Part shown: piece after piece, positions 12,594-23,500 of the stretch | Layout: every line of letters begins with the position of its first letter | Position numbering within the stretch: position 1 is the first letter of the stretch | Source of the DNA: Escherichia phage phi456 | Sequence record: OR339795 | DNA length: 64,000 nucleotides | Reading direction: 5' to 3' (one strand) | Translations under genes and position numbers: made by a program | Notes under the pieces: model-generated | Told to the model about the DNA's origin: nothing | Database searches by the model: none | The model's input: the letters and a program-made list of their open reading frames with translations, nothing else

Positions 12594-13205
12594 TTAATTT
12601 CCTGCTTTCAGTTGCTTAAGACGGCGTTTGAGTTCGCCATTTCGGGCCTTTTCGTTATTGAGTCGGCCTGTCTCCTTATCCAGCTTCGCCCGCAAATCAG
12701 TGATCTGCTGTTGATTGAAAGACACCGAGTTCTGAGCTGATTTATAAGCGGCAACCACCTGAGCATTCCGCTGTTTTGCTTCTTGCAGGCGCTGAAAGTT
12801 GGATTTAACTGCCGGTTTCTTGTCTACCGGATTGGCAACACGCTTCGCTTTGGCGATCAGTGATTTCTGGAATTTTGCGGAGTTTTTGCGAGCCGCCTGT
12901 CCCATGACGGTACCAAGCGTCTTGATATCCGGCGACTGAGCGTTAGGAATAGCTTTTCCATTCAGTTTCACAGACGATATATCGCCAGTATCGTTTACCT
13001 GTATGGCAAGAATTTGTCCGTCGTTAAGAACCAGCTTTGCGGTTTTAACTTTAACGCCATCTTTCGTTGTTGCGCGGTTGCTGGAGTCAACCTCAATTAC
13101 CGTAACCCCGGTTTTATTGATCGCCGCGATAAGGGATTTCAGCCCCTTTTCATTAACCTGGTCAAAATCGACCGTTGCATACTTATTTTTCGTCATCTGA
13201 CACAT
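12594..13205 (-). CDS. hdf: Hdf (homolog of DarA fragment)
   Basis: 203 aa; ARKNSAKFQKSLIAKAKR matches DarA AEKNSAKFQRAQKKKKAL; first gene of the operon. Confidence 0.65.
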   Translation of the reverse strand: MCQMTKNKYATVDFDQVNEKGLKSLIAAINKTGVTVIEVDSSNRATTKDGVKVKTAKLVLNDGQILAIQVNDTGDISSVKLNGKAIPNAQSPDIKTLGTVMGQAARKNSAKFQKSLIAKAKRVANPVDKKPAVKSNFQRLQEAKQRNAQVVAAYKSAQNSVSFNQQQITDLRAKLDKETGRLNNEKARNGELKRRLKQLKAGN

Positions 13206-13626
13206 CCTGTGCGAGATTTATTACGTAACTTCTGCGGATTTGCTGAGTAACAGGGAAAATCCGATACAACGGGTTAATGAACGAGTCGCCATGCGTAACC
13301 ATGACGTTGAAATGCCACAGTCGCTCTCCTTTACCCATATATTCAGTGGGTATGTACAACCATTCACTGTTTTCGCCCTGTTCAGCCGACGTCAGACAAC
13401 GTTGTTCGCCTTCAATCACTGTCGTCGGCTTCTGAACATCGCGGATCCAATATCTGACCGTTGCGCCGCGCAAAAACGGGAATTTAGACCGGTATTTGAA
13501 CGGCACCCGGATGAAACCCGGTTTAATTTCCACATCACCAAGTTCTAAATGCGTGATGTCCTTGCGTTTTAGCAAATAGCGATCGGCTAAGGCTAACGCA
13601 AGAACGCATACACCCCAGCCAATCAT
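13183..13626 (-). CDS. lydB: LydB-like antiholin
   Basis: 147-aa ORF immediately downstream of the holin, overlapping hdf; N-terminal hydrophobic segment. Confidence 0.5.
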   Translation of the reverse strand: MIGWGVCVLALALADRYLLKRKDITHLELGDVEIKPGFIRVPFKYRSKFPFLRGATVRYWIRDVQKPTTVIEGEQRCLTSAEQGENSEWLYIPTEYMGKGERLWHFNVMVTHGDSFINPLYRIFPVTQQIRRSYVINLAQDVSDDEK

Positions 13627-13952
13627 TTCCCGCCTCCCTTTTTCACCAAACTTGTAAGAACATTCAGAATGCTATCGATATTCACTCGTTTCATCCCTGA
13701 AATCACCTCATGACCGTTATTGCTGGCTATCGTTACCATTAAGTACGTAATTGATAACTCCCAGCCCTCGTGTTGCCCCAATAGGTACGCCACCGCGCCA
13801 GCTGTCACTGCAACAAAGATCTCCGTAACCAATCCCAACAAATTGCCAGACTGGCGACCGTCTCGGACATCCATCAGGAACGTGCCTATCCCACCAATTA
13901 CTGAAAGCAGGAGCGCAATAGCAACTGGAGCTAATTCCTGTGTGTCAAGCAC
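13623..13952 (-). CDS. lydA: LydA-like holin
   Basis: 109 aa with hydrophobic helices and charged C-terminus (KKGGGK). Confidence 0.55.
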   Translation of the reverse strand: MLDTQELAPVAIALLLSVIGGIGTFLMDVRDGRQSGNLLGLVTEIFVAVTAGAVAYLLGQHEGWELSITYLMVTIASNNGHEVISGMKRVNIDSILNVLTSLVKKGGGK

Positions 13953-14019
13953 AAGTTCCCTCCTACGTTGTCAGGAGGTAATGGTATGCAAAGTAACTTC
14001 TCAACCGGTCATTTGTTGC

Positions 14020-14301
14020 TTAAGAGGCATTTCTATTGAGGTGCGAATCGATAATCCTTTGTAACTTTTCAAGAATGAGCCTGTTATTGATGCTGCAAAT
14101 AATAGTCACGCAATTCTGAAGACTTTCATCCATACCCTTATATTCCGCGAAATACATGCCTATAAAGCCTGCAAGTACGGCAGCAATACACTCGGCCATC
14201 AATTGCCTGCATGACGCTTCGTAACGTTTTTCACGAACCCCATTCAGAAACGAATGCACCCCGCCAAGGATGGAGAGGAGCATTATTGTGAAATCACACA
14301 T
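14020..14301 (-). CDS. small membrane protein (holin-like)
   Basis: 93 aa with two hydrophobic segments; first ORF of the lyd-dar transcription unit. Confidence 0.35.
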   Translation of the reverse strand: MCDFTIMLLSILGGVHSFLNGVREKRYEASCRQLMAECIAAVLAGFIGMYFAEYKGMDESLQNCVTIICSINNRLILEKLQRIIDSHLNRNAS

Positions 14302-14428
14302 AACTATTTCCTTAATAGTGAATTAAATATCATTGGGAAACGGTATGTACTTTGTGATTTCCACACATACTGGTTTTTGTTAATTAAAATCCGCAGCTTG
14401 CTATAAATAACGATAGTGAGCAGAAAAT

Positions 14429-14473
14429 ATGCTAATAGGCTATGTACGCGTATCAACAAATGACCAAAACACT
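14429..14473 (+). pseudogene. cin: Cin/Gin/Hin-family serine invertase remnant (first 15 codons only)
   Basis: ATG then MLIGYVRVSTNDQNT, the conserved invertase N-terminus including the catalytic Ser context; all three downstream frames lose invertase similarity. Confidence 0.6.
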
Positions 14474-14772
14474 GCTTTACTCAGACGCCACCGGAAGGAA
14501 AAATACGTATTTGCGGAGAGAATGGACAACCCGCATGGGGGGATGTTCCTCCTCCAACGAAAGAAGAGCTAATGGCTATTGCAGAAGCCAGGAAATTAAG
14601 CTTAAAGGCTCAAGCGGACTTTGAAATCGCCTGGCGATAGGATGCGGTTGATGCCGGTATCGCGACGGATGAGGAAACCGCCGCGCTTTCTGAATCGAAG
14701 AAATGCCGGATCCTGCTGATGCGCGTTGATACAGCAAAACCCGTATGGCCTGTCAATCCGCAGGATATTTAA
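14464..14772 (+). pseudogene. tail fiber assembly protein C-terminal domain fragment (U'-like) with in-frame amber
   Basis: Frame opens next to the cin remnant: ...GKIRICGENGQPAWGDVPPPTKEELMAIAEARKLSLKAQADFEIAWR, then TAG at 14638-14640, then [43 protein letters not shown]. Resembles the conserved C-terminal domain of Mu/P2/lambda tail fiber assembly proteins. Confidence 0.5.
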
Positions 14773-14986
14773 CGGGGGCGTTGTAGGTGGTGACATATTC
14801 AAGCAGTTCTGTTGGATATGTCACCGTTGCTGCATCTCGCTCTACGTTAAATGTATCCGCTCCCCAGATAACACACTCCCTCAAAAATGCCTCCACCTCT
14901 GGCGAGACTTCAACCGCATCATCAGGTCGCTCTTGTTCAGAAACATAAAAACCAACGGTCGTTGGGCTGAAATACATATTCTCCAT
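14753..14986 (-). CDS. short ORF downstream of tail fiber gene (possible truncated tail fiber assembly U)
   Basis: 77 aa, 3 bp after the S stop; lacks the conserved C-terminal chaperone domain, which is instead found inverted on the plus strand. Confidence 0.35.
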   Translation of the reverse strand: MENMYFSPTTVGFYVSEQERPDDAVEVSPEVEAFLRECVIWGADTFNVERDAATVTYPTELLEYVTTYNAPVKYPAD

Positions 14987-14988
14987 AT

Positions 14989-17445
14989 TTAGTATCCTAT
15001 TGCTTCAAAATGCAAAGTCGGAATTTCGCCGAGATTGGGTGTCGTATACGACACAGTGAATCGCGTTCTTGATACGTCAGTGCCAGAATCAGTATCGCGA
15101 TGCGTTGCCAGTGATTTCCCAGCCATTGATGACTGGGTCGAAAAGCTGTAACTCGCTAGTGTTGCCAGCGTTGCTATTTGTGCATTTGGGAATTGTCTGG
15201 GGAAATTAACCCTGTAGTAATGGGTGTAGTACGTCACCCCACCAAGCACCTGCGCGTTGAAGTTACCAACTGGTGTCAGTGTCACAGTGCCAACCTGTCG
15301 AATCATACCATTTGGGAGAATATCCCAGGCAGTTTGTCCGTTTCGCGACATACCAAATGCGGACATGTCCGGGAGTTGATTATTACCGGTTCCGACATCC
15401 CGTTTTGCCGCTTCTCCCAATTGAAGGTATGCGAGAAGACCAGCAACATCCTTTCCACTCAAATTAGTCAGCGTATTGTCCAGCGGTTGTTTGCCCGCCA
15501 GTGCGCTCTGTACTTCGCTTTTGCTGTAGGCATCCAGATCTTTAGGCGTAAGCGTAATATCCTTCGTGCCGTCAAACGGAACGCCGTTGATATTCCGTGC
15601 AGTCTGTAGTTTTGTGGCAGTTGCAGCATTACCAGTGGTGTTCTGATTACCCGTAGTGTTTACACCTGGAAGATTAATATTGGCCGAGCCATCAAATGCC
15701 ACACCGCCAATCGTGCGTGCTGTTTTCAATTTCGTCGCGGTGTCGGCGTTCCCTGTCAGTGCCCCGGTGATCCCGCCGTTGAAAGTCTGGCGTGCACTCC
15801 ATGTGTTAGCCGTACTCAACAGGGGGATCTTTTCACCGCTGGTACCGAGTTCTCTTAAACCAAGGTATTGGATAACGGCCAGTGTGCTTGTTTTAGCCAG
15901 AATATCGCGACCGACTGACGTTAAATCAGTCTGAGCTACCGTATCCTTACCAGTGAAATAAGGCAGTTTGTTTGCACCAGTCGCAAGGGCAGCGAGAGCG
16001 GTTAAAGTTGCATCCAGAGGCTGTTTGCCTGCCAGCGCATTTGTCATTGTTGTCGCAAAGTTCGGGTCATTGCCAAGTGCTGCGGCAAGCTCATTCAGGG
16101 TATCAAGAGCTTCTGGTGATGAACCAACCAATGCGGATATGGCAGCTCTTACATAAGCGGTCGTAGCAATCTGCGTGTTATTCGTACCCTGTGCAGCGGT
16201 AGGCGCAGTAGGGACACCCGTTAATGCAGGGCTTGCCAAAGGCGCTTTGAGAGCCAAGGCATTGTTGATAGTTGTGCTGTAATTCGGGTCGTTATTGATC
16301 GCAGCAGCTATTTCTTTAAGCGTATCCAGTGTGCCAGGCGCACCGTTGATAAGTGCAGTTATAGCTGCCTTAACAAAGGCTGTATTTGCGATCTGCGTGT
16401 TATTCGTACCCTGTGCAGCGGTAGGCGCAGTAGGTATTCCCGTTAATGCAGGACTTGCTAAAGGAGCTTTAAGAGCCAGAGCATTGTTGATAGTTGTGCT
16501 GAAATTCGGGTCGTTATTGATCGCAGCAGCTATTTCTTTAAGCGTATCCAGTGTGCCAGGTGCACCGTTGATAAGTGCCGTTATAGCTGCCTTAACAAAG
16601 GCTGTATTTGCGATCTGCGTGCTATTTGTACCTTGCGCTGCCGTCGGCGCGGTTGGCGTTCCTGTCAGACTCGGGCTTTCTATTGGCGCTTTGGTATCAG
16701 CCAGATCTTTTATAGACTTAACAGCTTTAGGGGTAGCCGCCATTGTTTCGCTGTCGCTGTTAGTTGCGCTACTGAGCTGAACTAATCCCTTTTGCGTTGT
16801 GCTTGCATCCTGTGCCGTATACTTGCTTTTCGCCAGATCGTAGGCTTTTTTAACTGCCAGCGAACTTGCAGCAACATCACTTCTGGTACTGGTTACAGAG
16901 TCTGAAATATCAATGCCGATCGAGCGGTTGATACGCTCGGATGTATCAATCATCTCCTGGGTAATGGCAGATACACTAGCAGGGATATTCACCGTACAAA
17001 CAAGCAGCTCCCCATCTCCTAACTGATATGAATCGGTATAGGTTCTGGCAACAAATTCAGCCGCATGAATATGTGACGCGGTATTCACCTGGTAGGTATC
17101 TTCTCCAAGGAGGTATCTTCCCTTCAGCACAATTGCATATTTCTTGCCTGCACTAAGTGCAAGAGAAATATCCTTACGTTGCTGAATAGTTACCTGGTAA
17201 AATTCACCAATATCCACCGACGCCGCGCCTGCGGTTTTATCACCATCCACTGAGGTAATTAACAGGTTCATCCCACCGCCAGGCTTAGGTAAGAAACCGG
17301 CATAAAATCCCGGGTCAACAATCCCCCTGAATTTTCGGTTTAGCGCGGCTGACAGATATGGTTCGTGGTATTGCACATCGGCCACCAGAGCCAACGACTC
17401 GGATGATGGGTAAGTAACCGATGTAACAACTGTAACGTCATTCAT
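14989..17445 (-). CDS. tail fiber protein S (constant plus variable part)
   Basis: ORF 14989..17532; probable start at Met 17445 (MNDVTVV), 12 bp after R. Three 73-aa tandem repeats NALALKAPLASPALTG...KAAITALINGAPGTLDTLKEIAAAINNDPN typical of tail fiber shafts. Confidence 0.75.
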   Translation of the reverse strand: MNDVTVVTSVTYPSSESLALVADVQYHEPYLSAALNRKFRGIVDPGFYAGFLPKPGGGMNLLITSVDGDKTAGAASVDIGEFYQVTIQQRKDISLALSAGKKYAIVLKGRYLLGEDTYQVNTASHIHAAEFVARTYTDSYQLGDGELLVCTVNIPASVSAITQEMIDTSERINRSIGIDISDSVTSTRSDVAASSLAVKKAYDLAKSKYTAQDASTTQKGLVQLSSATNSDSETMAATPKAVKSIKDLADTKAPIESPSLTGTPTAPTAAQGTNSTQIANTAFVKAAITALINGAPGTLDTLKEIAAAINNDPNFSTTINNALALKAPLASPALTGIPTAPTAAQGTNNTQIANTAFVKAAITALINGAPGTLDTLKEIAAAINNDPNYSTTINNALALKAPLASPALTGVPTAPTAAQGTNNTQIATTAYVRAAISALVGSSPEALDTLNELAAALGNDPNFATTMTNALAGKQPLDATLTALAALATGANKLPYFTGKDTVAQTDLTSVGRDILAKTSTLAVIQYLGLRELGTSGEKIPLLSTANTWSARQTFNGGITGALTGNADTATKLKTARTIGGVAFDGSANINLPGVNTTGNQNTTGNAATATKLQTARNINGVPFDGTKDITLTPKDLDAYSKSEVQSALAGKQPLDNTLTNLSGKDVAGLLAYLQLGEAAKRDVGTGNNQLPDMSAFGMSRNGQTAWDILPNGMIRQVGTVTLTPVGNFNAQVLGGVTYYTHYYRVNFPRQFPNAQIATLATLASYSFSTQSSMAGKSLATHRDTDSGTDVSRTRFTVSYTTPNLGEIPTLHFEAIGY
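15850..15875. other. cix/gix/hix-like invertase crossover site inside S
   Basis: TTCTCTTAAACCAAGGTATTGGATAA resembles the Gin/Hin crossover site family as recalled (AAACC core, GGATAA half-site); lies where an Sc/Sv junction would be (about 290 codons from the S C-terminus). Confidence 0.45.
16060..16700 (-). repeat. tandem approx 219-bp direct repeats (about 3 copies) within S
   Basis: Near-identical DNA blocks, e.g. GCGATCTGCGTGTTATTCGTACCCTGTGCAGCGGTAGGCGCAGTAGG recurring at about 16158 and 16377; they encode the 73-aa protein repeat. Confidence 0.7.
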
Positions 17446-17456
17446 CAAGCATATCC

Positions 17457-17891
17457 TTATGCTGTAGTCGTGTTTATGGCCATAACTGCGGTATATGTTT
17501 TGCCCACATACAGCGAGTCTTCCTGGACACAAATAATGGCGATTGGCTTGTTCTCGTTATCCAGAACAACCAGAGTGTTGAATGGGTAGTTTTTCCCTTC
17601 CTGCAACTGGCTTTGATCAAGGTCCATTCGGACAGTAATTATCCCGCCTGAGTAGGTTGGGACGAGGTTGATGGTGCAAAATTGACTGGTCAGTTCTGCC
17701 AGTTCGAAAGCCTTTGGCAGTTCTCCAATCTCATAAGTGCCATCTCCTTTCTTAGTAACCAGCGAACTGGTACCGAAAACGGCCTTGCTGATTAAAAATC
17801 GAGAGCCTTTGTTAATGGACGATTCAGCGCGCCGCTGATAGTAATAGTCCAACAACTGACTCTTATAGAGGTTTGTTGAGACGTCAGACAT
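17457..17891 (-). CDS. tail fiber-associated protein (P1 R-like)
   Basis: 144-aa ORF immediately upstream of S in the same operon. Confidence 0.4.
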   Translation of the reverse strand: MSDVSTNLYKSQLLDYYYQRRAESSINKGSRFLISKAVFGTSSLVTKKGDGTYEIGELPKAFELAELTSQFCTINLVPTYSGGIITVRMDLDQSQLQEGKNYPFNTLVVLDNENKPIAIICVQEDSLYVGKTYTAVMAINTTTA

Positions 17892-17969
17892 GATTTTCCC
17901 TAATCAATGTTGTGAAGCCTCATTGTAAGATAAGTAACTTGTCACCCCGCCCTGCGGACGGGGTGATTA

Positions 17970-18809
17970 TCAGGCATCACTATCCAGCAGCAAATCATCT
18001 GCGCGGGTGCGATCAAACGTAGGCGTTGCTTTCACAATAGTGCCGCCCGGCGTTGCAGTGATCGGAGCGCTAATCGACGTAACTCCAGTAAGCGAAGTTG
18101 TATCCGAAGTTTCAAACCAGCAGTACGCTTTTTCGGTATCAGAAATCTCGTTCAAAGTGATCATGTCGGCGTGTTCATTTACAACAACCGACAAATAGAG
18201 CGTAAGCCCATCAAACACTATATGCAGTGGCAGTAGAGGCTTTACGAACTGATTAAACTTTCTGAGAATTTCTTCTGTAATTGCGGACTGATCTATCGTG
18301 CCAGTAATCCCCATTGTCCGGGCCAGGTCGTTTATGGGAATACTGATCATCCCTCTGGAAGTCAGAAACATCTCGCCGAATGTGCCGCCGGTAGTCTCCA
18401 GTGTGCTTTCAGGTATTAGAACCGTGCCATAGGGATGACGCTCAAGGTCCACCGGTGCATATATCGGATCCCATAAAACAGAAATACCGTTAAATTCGCG
18501 GTAAATTGTCTGGTTTATAGGGCGTTCAGTCCCCTTAAAGTGAATCTCATCAAGACGCTGTTGTAACAACATCGGAACGGAAGATGAGTTCGACGTTCTG
18601 ATAGTAAAGAACTGGCCAAGTTCATTTGTCCTGGTCTCCAGATCCTCCTTGCTCATGGAAAAAATAGACTTCCGGTTGGTAATTCGCTCCAACCATGGGT
18701 CAACAAAGGTATCCATCATTGACTGAACCAAATCAGCCAATGATTTATAGAGCAATGACTTTTGCTTAGCTGATGTAAGCCGGTTATTAAACCAGGAACG
18801 CTGCATCAC
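17970..18809 (-). CDS. baseplate/tail structural protein (P1 gp16-like)
   Basis: 279-aa ORF overlapping the stop of the upstream baseplate gene. Confidence 0.4.
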   Translation of the reverse strand: MMQRSWFNNRLTSAKQKSLLYKSLADLVQSMMDTFVDPWLERITNRKSIFSMSKEDLETRTNELGQFFTIRTSNSSSVPMLLQQRLDEIHFKGTERPINQTIYREFNGISVLWDPIYAPVDLERHPYGTVLIPESTLETTGGTFGEMFLTSRGMISIPINDLARTMGITGTIDQSAITEEILRKFNQFVKPLLPLHIVFDGLTLYLSVVVNEHADMITLNEISDTEKAYCWFETSDTTSLTGVTSISAPITATPGGTIVKATPTFDRTRADDLLLDSDA

Positions 18810-20239
18810 TCCTCCTCATACGAAATATTAAAGGTGGAGTTTTCTGTATCCAGATAAACGAAATCGTAAAAGCCGTTGGACTCATTCCACTCGACAAATT
18901 CCAGATAAAAGTCGCGGAAATAACCCAGCGTTTCGATAAATGCCCAAACGTCTTTTTTCTTGATTAGGATGTACTTGCCAACACGGTTCGGATCAAAGAA
19001 AGTTGAGTCACGCCCAAATTTTGTTTCCAGTGCCGACTTCAGCTCATCAGTCACGTTCTCAATGGTCAGGCTTGCCGATATCCGCCCGGTGATGGTGATC
19101 TTAAAGGGTAGTTTTCTGACCTCTTTATACGAGAATTTCTTGTTCAACTCATTCGGCACCTTCTTAAAGGCAGCCAGGATCATTTCTTCAAGCTCTGACT
19201 GGCTTTTGTTTGGATGCCATCCTGAAATAAATATCTTATTGATATTCCGAACATTATAAGCACCATCTAATTTCTCTTGCTGGCCTTCGCCCCATGCCTT
19301 TACCCAGGACAGTCCCGGGATGTTACGCACCAGAAAATACGTATAGTCCCCGCCCCATACGACCTGATCATCATAGGCAAGGTAATATTGTGCACGATTA
19401 CGTGTGATCTCCGTTGTTTCGGCATCGGTACCTGCGGTTATGGGTGTCATTGTCTTAACTGAAATCAAATTAGCTAAATTAGCCGCAGAATCGACAGGCG
19501 TCAGATTTTGGCCAGCAACCAAGGTTATATCTCCGTTGGTGCACCATACCTTAAGTGTAATGGTCGAGCCTTCTGGCGGTATTTGCCCAATTAGCCCATC
19601 ACCGAATCGAACCCCCAACTGCTCGGATGGTTTATAAAACTCAACGTAGACCTGGCTTTTACTACCAGCTAACCGGAACATAGTGCTGGAAGACCACTGC
19701 GTGGTCTTACCATCGGTCGTCACGAATACTTCCAGCTTATAGCAGACAGCAGTGAGAGCCTTTGATAACACGACTTCCAGAAATTCTTTGGCTGCCGTAA
19801 CGGTATATGTCACCTCCTGGATTTCCAACTGTGCCACTTCTACCGTACCGGTGCCGTCAACCAACCTGCATACATCCATAGTTATGTAAGGGTACTGGTC
19901 GTCAGATATTAAAGGCATGTTTTTGGGGATTACCGCTGGAGCATCTTCACTTGTGGCGGTGATCTCAATCATCCCCGATGACGGTGTTGGCTTGGTACCA
20001 ACGTAACTATTCGTTTCTGCCGCTGCCAGGATAGAGGAACGCCGCGTCGCGGTCGATATAAAGCCTTCAGCCAGCGCCGCATCGGCATACTGAAAGCACC
20101 TGTAGACAATCTGGGTAATAAACAATGTCAGCATCGAGACAAATTGAGAGCCGACAAACTTCGACCAGAATGAATCTTTCTCGACAAGCTCTTCAAACTC
20201 TGCACGAATACTGTCTTTAGTCGGTGTTGTTTTACTCAT
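18806..20239 (-). CDS. baseplate protein (BplA-like)
   Basis: 477-aa ORF in a translationally coupled structural operon. Confidence 0.45.
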   Translation of the reverse strand: MSKTTPTKDSIRAEFEELVEKDSFWSKFVGSQFVSMLTLFITQIVYRCFQYADAALAEGFISTATRRSSILAAAETNSYVGTKPTPSSGMIEITATSEDAPAVIPKNMPLISDDQYPYITMDVCRLVDGTGTVEVAQLEIQEVTYTVTAAKEFLEVVLSKALTAVCYKLEVFVTTDGKTTQWSSSTMFRLAGSKSQVYVEFYKPSEQLGVRFGDGLIGQIPPEGSTITLKVWCTNGDITLVAGQNLTPVDSAANLANLISVKTMTPITAGTDAETTEITRNRAQYYLAYDDQVVWGGDYTYFLVRNIPGLSWVKAWGEGQQEKLDGAYNVRNINKIFISGWHPNKSQSELEEMILAAFKKVPNELNKKFSYKEVRKLPFKITITGRISASLTIENVTDELKSALETKFGRDSTFFDPNRVGKYILIKKKDVWAFIETLGYFRDFYLEFVEWNESNGFYDFVYLDTENSTFNISYEEE

Positions 20240-20595
20240 AGCACCACGTCCTGTGTGATAGTTATATCCCTGATACGAATGGATATTTTCAACTTATCAA
20301 AAGCATCTCCCTCGGCTACTGACAAGCCAGAAATCGGTATGTCAGGTAAATCTACCGTCAGTTTTTGCAACAGCATTGCCTCAACCGCAATTTGAACATG
20401 CGACAAGTTGGTCGGTTCGTGTTTAAACTGCGGTAAAACATTGCCCCATGACGGATCCCCGTATACCTCACCCTGATAAGTGTTTAGCCACTCATATAAA
20501 CGAGCGCCCCAGGCCTCCTCCTGGGACTCATACGTTTTTACGCCGGATAACTCCAGCGTCAGCAAAGGATCAATTTCGTTATTGTTGGCCATCAA
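20236..20595 (-). CDS. tail morphogenesis protein (PmgA-like)
   Basis: 119-aa ORF coupled between sit and the baseplate gene. Confidence 0.35.
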   Translation of the reverse strand: MMANNNEIDPLLTLELSGVKTYESQEEAWGARLYEWLNTYQGEVYGDPSWGNVLPQFKHEPTNLSHVQIAVEAMLLQKLTVDLPDIPISGLSVAEGDAFDKLKISIRIRDITITQDVVL

Positions 20596-23500
20596 TCAAC
20601 TCTCGCGTAGTCATTCATCAACGGATCATCAATTGACAGTGGTACCGTGCGCATAACGCCCGGCTGAGGCGTGCTGACCTTTACGACAGTTCCCTGGCCT
20701 TTCGCCGAGTCTTTGGTGTGCTCTTCAATCCTGGCAAGCAATGAGGCCATCTGCGCAAACAGCCGCTTCGTTTCACCATCAAGTGAAACGGTATTATCAG
20801 CCAACTGCATTGTCGGCTTGGCACCGGAGCCGCCAAGGTCACTAATAACCTGTCCGTCTATCTGCATACGACCGGTTGGTTGCTGCAAATCGTTGGCGGC
20901 AGTCGTCACCTTGGACGTGGAGGCTGGTTCAGGCGCATTATTTTTCCGCATCCCCGGCGAGTTGCGGAGTTTATCGAATAGTCCATCAATCTCCATTTGT
21001 GCGCCGAGTTGGTCAAAGTAACTTGAGTTGTTGGCCACCGGACGCGCCTCTTCAACTGGCATCGGAGTATCAACATACACATTGCCAGCTGCTGTTGCGG
21101 TCCCCTTCCCTCGTGCACGTTCTTCGAGCGTTCCCTGAACGACTTCCCGACGCATACCCCGGCCATTCATGAATTTGTTGACCAGATCGTTAACGCCAAC
21201 AGCATTGCCGATTTTGTCTACCAGACCGCCTTTCTCAAACGGGCTATCACCAGGGGTAAATGCCAGGCCAGTAGACTGATCGATAACAGCGTTATCAGGC
21301 AGTGGTCCCCTCACTCCATATTGCGCCCCACCCTGTGCTCCTGCTCCAGGTGTATAGATTTCACCACCTAAATAGCGAGCACGATGAGTATTGACCTTGA
21401 TCGCGTACTCACGGTTTTCTTTGGATAAGTCACCTGTGCCTTTTTTCCACTTATTGATAGTGCCAAACCCAGCGTTATATGCAGTGATGGCCTCGTTTAA
21501 GTCTCCATTGGCTTGCTTCAGATACTTGCTCATGAGAAGAGCCGCAGCTTCTGCCGATTTCACAGGATCAAACGATTCACCTTCAGCTAAGCCAGTCTCT
21601 TCACGAGCAATCCCCGTGAACTGAAACATTCCCAGAGCACCGGTTTGGGATTTTGCATACGGATTACCACCAGATTCAGTTGCAGCAATCGCGTAAAGAG
21701 TGCCTTCTGGAAGACCGTATTTATTCTCTAGTTCGGCAAAATACGGAGCCAACTTATCGAGATTTGCCTTACCTTCAGCGCCAAGACTTCCGACTTTTAC
21801 ATCTAAGTTGCCATTGTTGTAAGTATCCGCAGCTTTCTGAATGTCATTCCTGGTGCCAGTAGTATTAAGCGACGATGATGATGAGCTATTTTGACCAATA
21901 GCATTATCAATTTTCTGCAACGCGCTATTGCCCGTTTCTACGGCATTTGCATTGATAATCTGATTGGCAGTTTCTTTAACTGTTTTATTGCTATCTTTCG
22001 CCGTATCTAGGGATGCATTTACAACACGAGTGACAATATTAGCCTTTTTAGGGGTATATTCAGTCTTAGGAGCATTGTCCTCCTGACTTTCTTTAGCTGG
22101 TGTTTTTAATTCAGGTGTAACCTCTTTCGCATCCGCTTTGTTGACTAGCTTTGATGCAACCCAGGCCACAGGGGTGCTCTGAACAGCGGCATCTGCAACC
22201 TCACCTGAAAGCTCTTTTGCGGCACTCCATAGATTACTGCCAGCTTCTTTAATGTATTTCCCTGGGTTCTTAATGAAATCAATTGCACTATCAATTGCAT
22301 CACTGAAAACCTGTTTCAGGTTATCGACAGTAAAGAAGTTTTTGATGGCGTCTAATTTTTCGTTCAGGTTCTTTGTTGTGTCACTGAACCATGCTGAAAT
22401 AGCATCACCAATCTTTGCAGTATAATCACTAAATGTCGTGGATATAGTATCACCAAGGTTAGAAATATATGTTTCTAAATTGGTAATCCCACTATCAATG
22501 GCCTGGGCAATACTTTCCGTCGAAAATGATTGCAACATATTGCCGATATCCTCAAATCCAAGTGATTTGAGAACGCCGCCAATGGCACTGCTAATACCAG
22601 ATACCAGTCCTCCCATATCGAGAACGTTAGCCAGTGTATAAGCCGCTTTTTGCTGAAAAGATGGATCTTCCCCATCCTTAAGCCCAAAGGTCCGACGTTG
22701 TGCTTCTGTATCATTCCAACCGGTTACCGCATCATAGATACCTCCAGCCACCGTGCCGACTAGCGGAATTGCGCGTAAAGCCCCCTTTGCAAGAGCCTTA
22801 ACACCTAGTTTCCCCAATCCCTTAGTTGCAAGTTTTCCGGCACCGCGAGTAGCCAATTCGCCAGCTTCTTTGGCAGCAGCTTTTTTCCCACCAAAGCCCA
22901 ATAAGCTTGCAACTTTTTTTATACCTAAAGCGCCTAGTGCCATCGAGCCAACTTTCTTTAGTACCCCACGGCCAAAAATAAGGGAAGCAATACCACCGGC
23001 CCCCTTCCCTAACAGGCTAAATAGTTTGGACAGCAAGCCGCCCTTCTTTTTCCCGGTGTTTTTGGCTATCTGATCAAGGGCGCTGAGAATCTTGTCATTG
23101 CCCTCTTTAATTTCGCTGGTCTGCTCCTGAAGTTCCTGAACCGTCCGTTTTTGGGTGTTAACCTGAACGACATCGGCACTATTTTGCGATTTACGCCTAA
23201 AAAAACCTTTTCTACGGCTGTTATCGTCATTGCCACGAATCACATCGGCAATAGACTTTCTGGCACCATTAAGCGATCCACCAACTTCTTTTGATATCCC
23301 GCCAAGCTCCTTCCCTGCTGCCCACAATGGACCAGCAACGGCATAACCTAACGCATCGACGGCACGAGTCTCTGAAGGGTTACCTATGCCTTCAGCTACT
23401 TTTGACAGTTTTTTTAATAAACCTGATTCAGCATTTAGACGCTCATCATCCTCTTTGCGCCTGGCCTTTTCAGCACGTTCAGCACGGGCATCTTCCGCTG

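Noticed and set aside
15968-16700. Possible CRISPR-like array suggested by regular repeats
   Set aside because: The repeats are about 219 bp protein-coding units inside S without short spacers; no cas genes.
16295-16780. 161-aa plus-strand ORF with internal repeats
   Set aside because: Antisense shadow of the tail fiber tandem repeats; hydrophobic low-complexity translation.
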